A stretch of 64,000 nt of DNA from Entomortierella parvispora E1425. Its lineage: Eukaryota > Fungi > Mortierellomycota. Location of the stretch: the NCBI GenBank assembly GCA_020891255.1, contig BQFW01000015.1, positions 1,364,001-1,428,000 of the forward strand, written 5' to 3'. Of the stretch, positions 45,530-54,372 are shown piece after piece; the first letter of the stretch is position 1, and every line of letters starts with the position of its first letter. A model generated the notes under the pieces. That model had not been told where the DNA came from. It made no database searches and saw nothing but the letters and a program-made list of their open reading frames with translations. Made by a program: the position numbers and the translations under genes.

Positions 45530-48500
45530 TTATTGAGCCTTGCAAAGCAAAAGAACGACAACAAAATATGTTATTAATGAGAGCAAGTAACATTCACCAG
45601 AGCAAGAATAAATTTAATCTCAGAATACTTACATAATTTGGATCATATCCAATTCTTTGCGGCATCGGCGGGTTGATGCGCTCCGAAGGTTTTTTTCCAG
45701 GCGATGAGCTGCTGGCAGTGGTGGTGGGGTGCGATAAGAGTCGCTTGGGGTTGAAAGGAGGAAGGGCCTGACGGCTGGGCGTGGTCAGCTGCGAGTATCC
45801 TGAGATAGCGATGTTCAGGCTGGCATTCGCATCTCGTCCTCTTGTGCAATAGCCTGCCCTGAACGAAATACAGTCTGGATTGATGCATTCCACTGCGCCA
45901 TTCACGCGGACTACCCTTGTCCTTCCTTTCGAGTCCTTCCTCCTGGCGCGGACCAATCGGAGGAGCTTAAAGCAAAACGGACATAATTTTGAAGAATTGT
46001 GTTCGTTTGTTTTGCAAATCGGCCCATGCCTCATGTGTTTATGAGGAATAGTGTTGCCCCCCATGCGGTTGTTGCCCTTGAGTCGAGATCCGTTTCCTGT
46101 CCCAGCAGCTCCATGCAAAAAAAGCGGGACTACAACCGGTCTCAATTTCGGGCAACCCTTCAGATGTTTCAAGACGAGACGTCGCTTCGATGGATCCGTT
46201 TCATCGACTTGAAACTCAGGTCTGTGGTGAGTTTGGCATTCCAAGCAGAACCCGTTGCTCTGGAGGGCTGGCGTCTCATTGTCTACCATGTTCGCTGCTG
46301 TTGGAAAAAGAGTGGGAGAGTCAGTTTGACAGTCGATCGATGCAGCCTTAAAAGAATCAGGAAAAAGCGGATAGTTCAAATAACCGTACCGTAAGCAGTC
46401 TTTGCAAAAGCGCGTCGTTCTTTCGCTGCGACAACATCGTAAGTACGCTGCAAGCGCAGGCGCTTGGTTCGGCTCATGTTCCTGCATTGCCTTGATTGCT
46501 CAAAATCAACAATGGAATCACGCAGTTTACGACGGACCTCTCCTGCTTTTTCAAGGTCTGCAATAGTATTCGCCTGATGGGGACCCTGTTTCGCGAGCTC
46601 ATGGAAGGCCGACACAACGTGATCGTTCTCGCTCCTCGCCAGTGCTCTCGTCCGGGATTGGGCTTCCCTATTCAATCCAGACAGATGGCGGACGTGTTTG
46701 ACGGTAATGCACTGGGTATCAGGGATGATGATCTTGCCCAAAGTGTCTACGCGTCTCTCACCGATTGCAGGAGTAAATGGGTCGACTTTCGGTTGCGGGT
46801 CCACTTCAGATTGATCTGGGTCATCTTCCGAAAGAACCTCATATCTGTTGCACAGCTGCACCAACTTTGCCTCTGGAATCACCACTGTCTCAAACATGGT
46901 CTTCACCCCAGGATCGGTTCCTGCAGGCACAAGTGCTACCTTGCGATTGTGGGATTTGCTGTTATTGTCGCGGATACCGTCCTTCAAGTCGGCGATGCAG
47001 GTTGCCTCAGTGAAGTCCATTGACCCAGGTTGGTGGAGAGTCGGGCGCGACGTAATTTCTGGCTCTGCCGTCAAAGATTCCTTTCCTTTTCGAGACTTCT
47101 TTGCAGGTGCCGCTGAAGACGAAGATCCCGCGGAGGAGGAAGGCGGAGGTGCCGCTGACGATGAAGATGCAGGTGCCGCTGAAGTTGCTGGAGAGGTGGA
47201 CTTTGAATGTTGTAGAAAAACGTATTTGTCCTGTCTCAGCTCCTTTATCCTCATCCGGATGGGTATCGCTATCCTCCGTAAACGATGTACTCGCTGGCGT
47301 TGATTGTCCATCGCCTGGTAGCTGTCTTCCTCGTCCAGGCTCAATTGTTCCATGCCGGCTGAAAGAGCCTTGAGCGCCCAAAACCAACTCTTTAAAAGAC
47401 GTAAATCCTCTTCTTCCCGAGCCAAGTGTTTGTCGAGGACTTCGAGGTCGGCTGATAGTTCTTTGATGATGTCCGTTATCTCTTCTGCCATCAGCTTCGC
47501 CACCTCGGGGGAGACACTCAACGTCGATTTCGTCTTGTTGGTTTTGGTCCGTCCGCCCTTCTTTTTTTTCTCGCTCCATTTATCATGTGGAAACGTAGGC
47601 TTAATCTGCTTGCCCACAATCTGCACTTGTTTCTCATCGAGATAAAGGAACCTAAGAGTTCAAGCAAGTGGATACGAGTTAGTCCCTATTTGGCCATGAT
47701 TGTCACAAGAGTACTACAAGTTCAAGAGCTCGTACCGATCTTGAAACACCAAGTTGTGCGCGCGAAGGATATGCCCAACTTTCTTCATGTCAAAAAATGC
47801 ATTGAAGACAACATCTTTGCATGCAGGCGTTGATACGGAATTCACAAGGGAGTATATAACCCCGTCCTTGCATACATCATAATGGCCTCCTTCCCGTGCA
47901 CACAGGACTTCGCAGATGCCAGTAGCGCCTAGGGGCAATGGCTGTATCTTGCCGCAAGACGATAATGGAGATAGGCGCCGAGAGAATTGCTTGTATCCGA
48001 TTGCCCGTAGTAAGTTATTGGCCAGAAAACAAAAGGGCCCTAAGACAAGAGGGTGAACTACGATCTTGTCATCTGGACCACCACGCTTTGGCGTAAACGG
48101 TCTCAACCAGTTGACGATTTTGACGGCCACATCTAGTTCCTCGTCCAGATACTTTTGAGGTTCGTGTAAGGTGTCTCTGAAAATCTCCCGAGTGACTTCC
48201 ATGGGGCAATCACCACCTTTGTCCAGAAGTCTCGACATTACTGCCTCAAGGGGCCGAAGATGCTTAGAGGAAGGTTCTAATGATCGGGTTTGAAAAATGA
48301 CAGAGTTTGAAAAGAGGGTTGGTAAGAAAATGCCCCTGGTCCATGCAGTCACATAGTTGATCCTTTATCGAACACAACTGCATACCTTTTAGCTTTACAG
48401 CCGTCTGATCCGAACCCGCTGCTTGAGGATGAGAGCCATTGTCATCTGACGCTGAAAAGTCCTCGGTAGTTGTCATTAAACCTTTTGTCTCTTGGTCAAC

Positions 48501-51500
48501 GACAGCCTTAAACCCATCGTCCTCATCATCCTCGTCATCCTCATCATCCTCATCATCCTCATCAGACAAGCCGTTATCATCAGGCTCGTCCACTGACGCT
48601 CCACCTTTGCCGTTCTTGATCTCATTCTCTGTCGCTACAAGTTTCTCGAAGGTAGCACGGATCATGTCGACAATTCTCCTGGCACGAACAATGCGGGGTA
48701 GTTTGGTTGGAGCGGTAACATTGTCCCTATTTCGTAACGTCATTGTAGATCCGAACCAGCTCACTTTTGATTCTTCCACGACATGGTCGAGCTGCTGGAA
48801 TAGTGACTTGATCGAGTGCAGCAGCGCCTTCTTTCGGGCAAAAGGCTGGTTGTTGAAGGCAGCGTGCTCCTTTCTCTCCTTCTTCTCCTTTGCCTTTCTT
48901 GCCTTTGTCTCCCGGTATCTTTTCTCCGCAATTGGTCGGCGATGAACTCGGTGGAGAGAGCGTAGAAGCGCCTTTTTCAAAGAGAAATAGACAGTGGGGG
49001 TCCAGAGATTCCCTATGTTTGTTGCGAGTGTTCGAAGAAGTTCCACTCTTGTAAGAGACAGGCCCTCTGGAAGGTTTGCATTCGACTCGAAAGCGGATGT
49101 GGCTGAGGGGGATTGATTCTGGACGATGTCGATTAGCCTGTCCCATAGCGGATGTTCACCTCGAGCTCGCTTCTCGACATTTGGACCGACGTCAGTCGTG
49201 CTGGAGCGCTTCAGTCCAAGAGACGAGGGTCCGGCAGCGAAGTCTTTGTCGGGCTCGATAAATCCAGGGTCCTCTTCCCTTATGTTGCTATGAGCACGAT
49301 CCCAAACAAATCGTTTTCCAGCGTATTGAATGAAATCTTGTGAAAAAAGTTCCTTGTGGTCCTTTTGATCGTTGTTCAGACGTCCTTTGCTCTCACAAGC
49401 GATGCGCATGCTGCTTTGAAAATGATCGGATACAACGCCGACCCGAAGCGTCGTTCCCTTTCGCAGGTCCTCGTCACGTATCTCAAAGCCGTGTGGAAGG
49501 AACTTGATGAGATCCACATCTGATGAACTAGGATGCAGAGCGCCATGAAACACCTATAAACAAGGAGTAGAATAGCCTTTAAATTTAGCAAAAAAAAAAA
49601 AAAAAAAAAAAATACATGATCCTCAACCCATTCGCTCTTTCAATGGGAAATCACTCACCTCAAGTTGAACCTTCATCAGCGCGAGTTGAATCTCGTCCAT
49701 GTGCATGGATAGACAGCCTTGTTTTTGTTGTAGTAAATTCTTGATGTTGACTTTGTCATCATCAGAGAAATCGGAGCGGAGAATCTGGTCGAGGGCCACA
49801 GAGACTGTTCGAGTTTCTGGCTCCGTTTTTGTGACGACAGACTGGTCACCAGAAGGCGCGTGCTCCGGAGAGAGACTGGTTTCTTTAGCAACCGTCTTGA
49901 CCCAAATTCTGTCAAAATTCGCCTTCACGACATCGTGATAGTACTGGACAGGCTGTGCATGGAGCGCGATGTTTGACCTGAGGACGCTCGTGTCCACTGA
50001 ACTCTGCGGCAGCTCATAGTGGTGCTCCAACTTCCGTGCGGTGACAGCAAGAGTGTTTCTGGGCAACCCGGTAAGATTACGCTCGTGTTCGGCAACCTGT
50101 GTGCGCTTTGAACTTAGTACTTCCTCAGAGTTGTTTTTGGTGCTCTTCAGCGATGACCGGATAGTCTTAACAATGACATCTTCGGTGAGATGATCAACAC
50201 TAAATAAGGGGGGGGGATCATCAGCAAAAGCAAATCAAACAAGAGACAGAGATGATTAAACTTTCATTACCAGGCTTCCTGAAGACATCTCCTTTCAACC
50301 TCGCGTGTAATACATGAAGGGTATGATCGCCTTTGATTGGGTCTCTTCGTGTCCCTGAAGACAGCACGCTCGACTGACGGTCGACTGGATGTAGTAGTGA
50401 ACTGGGGCAGTCTCTCCACCGGTTGAAGTGAGGTCGTCGGTGCAATGGAACAACTGAGAGGCGAGAACGTTGATATTTGCTCGAAAGAAAGCTGGATGTG
50501 CAGCAGGGCGACATGCATCCTGGAGTGGGTTGATGGCCTAAATACCCTGATTCGGGAACGTGTAGACGGCAAGACGATCGTTATGCAGAGTACCTCTGAG
50601 AGATATCGGAGAAGTAGATAGCACGGAGGGATGTTGATGTGAACGTCTCCCAACTTCATCTTGAAGGCCGTCTTCCGTATGCCGTTCATCAAATCAGCCA
50701 AAAACCTGGCCAGGGGCAAGCCTGTTGTGTCATGATCCAGAACGACCAAGCCGAAATTTTTCTGAAGATACTCCAAGCTTTCATTCATGTTCTCCGAGTT
50801 GGGAAGAGGGGTTGTAACTTTGGATAAGCAGAAGAGGCGCTCTTCCATCACCAAGTCGGGCGTCTCATTCTGCAAGACGGCTTTGGCTTCCTTGAGGAGT
50901 TCCTCATCCAGACCCAATTCAATGGACAACTATGCAAACACTTGGTACTTAATCTCATTGCCTTTTTTTTGCTAACAAGCTGATAGAGCACGATCACCCA
51001 TGATTACCTGGTCGCTATCATGAACGTCAAGTTGCACGAGGTCGTCCTCAACTCCGACGTCTTCTGCAAGGAATGGGTCGTACTGGTCGCCATCATTCAG
51101 ACCCAGTTCAACAGACAACTATGCATACATCGGGCTTAAAATTAGTCTCATAGTCTTTTTGTTGGTGACCAGTTGGGAATGCACAATCGCCCATGACTAC
51201 CTGATCGCTATCATGAACGTCAAGTTGCACGAGGTCTTCCTCAACTCCGACGTCTTCTGCAAGGAATGAGTCGTACTGGTCGCCATCATTCAGACCCAAA
51301 CATTGAGTAATTAGTCTCATAGCCTTTTTGTTGGTGACCAGTTGGGAATGCACAATCGCCCATGATTACCTGGTCGCTATCATGAACGTCAAGTTGCACG
51401 AGGTCGTCCTCAACTCCGACGTCTTCTGCGAGGAATGAGTCGTACTGGTCGCCATCATTCAGACCCAGTTCAATAGGCAACCATGCAAACATTGAGTAAT

Positions 51501-51651
51501 TAGTCTCATGGCCCTTTTGTTGGTGACCAGTTGGGAATGCACAATCGCCCATGATTACCTGATCGCCATCATGACCATCAAGTTGCACAAGGTTGTCCTC
51601 AACTCCGACGTCTTCTGCGAGGAATGAGTCGTACTGGTCGGCCATTGGCAT
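45530..51651 (-). CDS. Giant, intron-containing Fanzor1/TnpB-like RuvC nuclease (about 1,645-1,690 aa)
   Basis: Exon chain: 51651-51559, optional 51118-51008, 50929-50271, 50199-49659, 49553-48386, 48276-47736, 47651-46390, 46297-45633, tentative 45538-45530 (otherwise stop at 45594). All junctions are GT-AG and phase-compatible, with no internal stop. RuvC-I AGTDPG (D at 46913-46915), RuvC-II TNEHNSSKLC (E at 46002-46004), Zn finger CPFC...CINPDC, RuvC-III RDANASLNIA (D at 45831-45833). Confidence 0.85.
50908..51645 (-). repeat. Tandem array of a ~189-bp exon+intron unit (4 copies plus a partial fifth)
   Basis: Unit is a 111-nt exon (LSVELGLNDGDQYDSFLAEDVGVEDDLVQLDVHDSDQ) plus a ~78-nt intron (GTAATC...TGCATAG). 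Copies are near-identical at the nucleotide level; one junction has a 20-bp deletion. Confidence 0.92.
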
Positions 51652-52084
51652 GGGAAGCGTCGAGAGCGAGTTGCAAACGAAAGGGACAAATTCGAAAAAC
51701 GCGCTGACTTGACGCGTGTCATCGTGAATCATGATTCCTGTAGTGGATTTGCCTCTAAGCCACCCAGTTTCTTTCCTACTATTTCATCGCTGCTGCTTTT
51801 GCTATACGGGCGCTGGTTCCATACGAGCAGGCGAGGAAACTTTTAGGAGAGCCCGGAAAGACGCATCAACAGCCCAGAGAAACATCTATTTGCGAGTATG
51901 GACGCTTCAGGTTCGAACGACAAGCAAGAGAGGCTAGCTTCGAAGAAGATACCTTCGGTGCAGCTGGCTCGTCCGTCCCACCTCTTGGTCTTGGGGCGGG
52001 GCGATTCTGGAACCGCGGGCACCCTCCTTCAAACTCACCACATTCCATGTATCACGTGGTACTTTTACTGTGATGGGGGATGTG

Positions 52085-52814
52085 GGGATCCAGCAACTTC
52101 GTCGTGCTGATCTCTAGGATCACGAAACGATTCCCGAGTGAGGGTTTCCGTGGTGACTTCCCAGGCCAGGAAACTTCTGCCTTTAAAAGCAGCCAGTACA
52201 GATACACGAATCACCCGCGAGAAAGGAACTGGAGTGTTGACTGTGGAATAGGCATACGACTTCAATGACGTTTGTCCATCCTTGCTTGTCTCATCAATAA
52301 ACACCAGCTGCTCTGGAAAGAGGTACAACTCATTCATGTTTTGGTAAATTCACTCGACTTCATACGGGTTTGATTTGCGTGCTCGCTTCTGCAATTTTTT
52401 TTCTTGATCTTTTCAAGTGCGGCAAATGGTGGAGACTGATGTATTCTGCAGATCTGGAAATTCACGCCTAAGTTCCTCTTGTAGCTCCTCAAGGAAGAAG
52501 CAAGGATGGTGTTTGGTATATGACTCGACGAAAGTCAACACATCTGGTGGCCATCGAGAAGAGCTTTTGCGCGTATGTTCAATGTGAACGTTCCCTGTGT
52601 TATTGAAATGACCTGTCCATGTCCAAAAAAAAAAAAAAAAAAAAAATAAGAAAAAAAACGCGAAGGCGACGCGACTCAACAACGCTGACTTACGAGACCA
52701 TTTCGTGATCATGTGTTGCGAAATGCCTAGCAACACTGCCACAGCAGACCTGGGCAGGCCCATTATATTGTAGAGCTTAATGGCGCACCAGCGAATATCG
52801 TCTGAAAAGGTCAT
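52085..52814 (-). mobile_element. Decayed IS630/Tc1-mariner transposase (pseudogene) with an intron
   Basis: Exon 52814-52694, intron 52693-52613 (GTAAGT...CAG), then HTH region MTFSDDIRW...LLGISQHMITKWSRHFNNTGNV...HPCFFLEELQEEL...SVSTICR. Frameshift and stop near 52415-52340. First catalytic motif PEQLVFIDETSKD and RVSVLAA are present; the later DDE residues are deleted. No TIRs found. Confidence 0.85.
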
Positions 52815-54192
52815 TGGGATGTGGGGTGATGTTTGAGAAGCAACACGCACGTTGCAGTTTAAATACAGCGGTCCGAATAGCAGTTTCTCATCTTTTTACC
52901 CTTTCTGGATGCGTAAAAAGTTCGCAAGTATACTAAAAATAAACGGATGCCAGGTAAAATACGAACATACCCATGCTTTTTCGAACCACACGCAGAAACT
53001 CCTTGTCAGTGCGGTTCCAAAACGCACCCTACGCTTTTCTGATTTTATTTATCCTGCGTCCATGTTCACGTGCCCCGTCTTGTCACGTGCGTTTAGCCCA
53101 CCAAATTTCTAAGTTAACCGGTGTTACTGTTCATTGATATATATTTTATCATCATGATATCTGCAAGTTTATTTTTTTTTAGGTGCAAAGCACAATAAAT
53201 AATCCTCACCGTGTGCACACACATTTTTCTTTTTCTTTCTTTCTTTTTTTCCTCGGAAGACAGACACTGAAGACAGGTCGAAATAAAATTGATCCGCAGC
53301 GAACAAAATATGCAAGAAGTGAAAGGAAGAGGTGCAGCAATACGCCTTTCCAGTAGTACCGAAGATAGAACTATGATCGGCCTGGTCTGTGCGAAAATGG
53401 ATGCATTGGCCTTCCGCATCCCAAGATTATGGAGAGACGTGTCCTGCGCATTGGAGCGCAGGAATTGGAGGAAGAGAAAGAAAAAAAAAAAGAGAGATGT
53501 CATCTTATCAAACACGCAGCCTGCCCTTCTCTCCATTGTTTACGTATTTGCAGTGTGGTTGTTCTCCACACGTTTTGAACATGGAGGTTACAGAGAAGAA
53601 AGTGGGGAAAAGCACATGCTGGATGTAGGATGTCCCTGCAGCCATTTTTTTCGCTCTCAGACAAGTTTTTTTTTTTTTTTTTTTTTTTTTTTGCGGTCTT
53701 GTCCATCGGCAAGGCTCAATCAGGGAAAGCGTTGGGGTGGTTTGAAGGCAGAAGGAATATCTACCAACTTCAGTCGAAGATCGGCCTGTTTTGATGTTGA
53801 TCTTGCGCACAGAGGCAGGGCCGACAGAGGCACAGAGGGACAGTCGGACACAGACTCCACAGAACATACAACTCAAAAGAAGCTCGGAAATGCCAACAAA
53901 AAGTTGGAGAGAAAGAACACACAAGACACAAGACTGACGGACAGACAGGACGAAAAGACTGCCGGCCTGACAGCCGGGCAAACAAATAAGCAAGGGAAGC
54001 AGGGACGAGCAGAAGACCGCGGCCGCATGGCGACAGACAGAAGGACGACGGAACAAGAAAAAAAAAAATCAGCGTCACGGCGCTCTTTCAAAAAAGGCTT
54101 TCTTTCCTCTCTTCCTAATAACCATACTCTTCACCAAAGTCCCTCCTTCGTTCTTCTCACACTTTGCCTTTTCCTCCCTCGCCTTGGGCCGC

Positions 54193-54241
54193 TTCCTCCT
54201 TCCTCCTTCCTCCTTCCTCCTTCCTCCTTCCTCCTTCCTCC
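54193..54241 (+). repeat. Heptamer repeat (TTCCTCC)7 in the REG1 leader
   Basis: Read directly from the sequence; lies in a CT-rich region upstream of the ATG at 54373. Confidence 0.95.
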
Positions 54242-54372
54242 TCGCCAACGTCTTTTATTCCTTCTCTTCCTTATTCCTTCGGCTTTCGTCTCTACTCCTT
54301 GGCTGGACAGGACACCACCCGCCCAATCAAACCCTTTCCCTTTAACATTCACCCTTCCCCAAGCGACAGGAA

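Noticed and set aside
50908-51645. Possible CRISPR-like array next to a Cas12-like nuclease
   Set aside because: Units are ~189 bp and near-identical along their whole length, with no unique spacers. They resolve as duplicated exon+intron units.
51696-51717. ACGCGT/ACGCG (MCB-like) motifs upstream of the nuclease ATG
   Set aside because: Short motifs that also occur elsewhere in the window; not distinguishable from chance.
53100-53130. CAGTAACACCGGTTAAC (minus strand) as a candidate Tc1 left TIR
   Set aside because: Not preceded by TA, and no inverted partner was found by eye at 51.7-52.1 kb or 45.2-45.7 kb.
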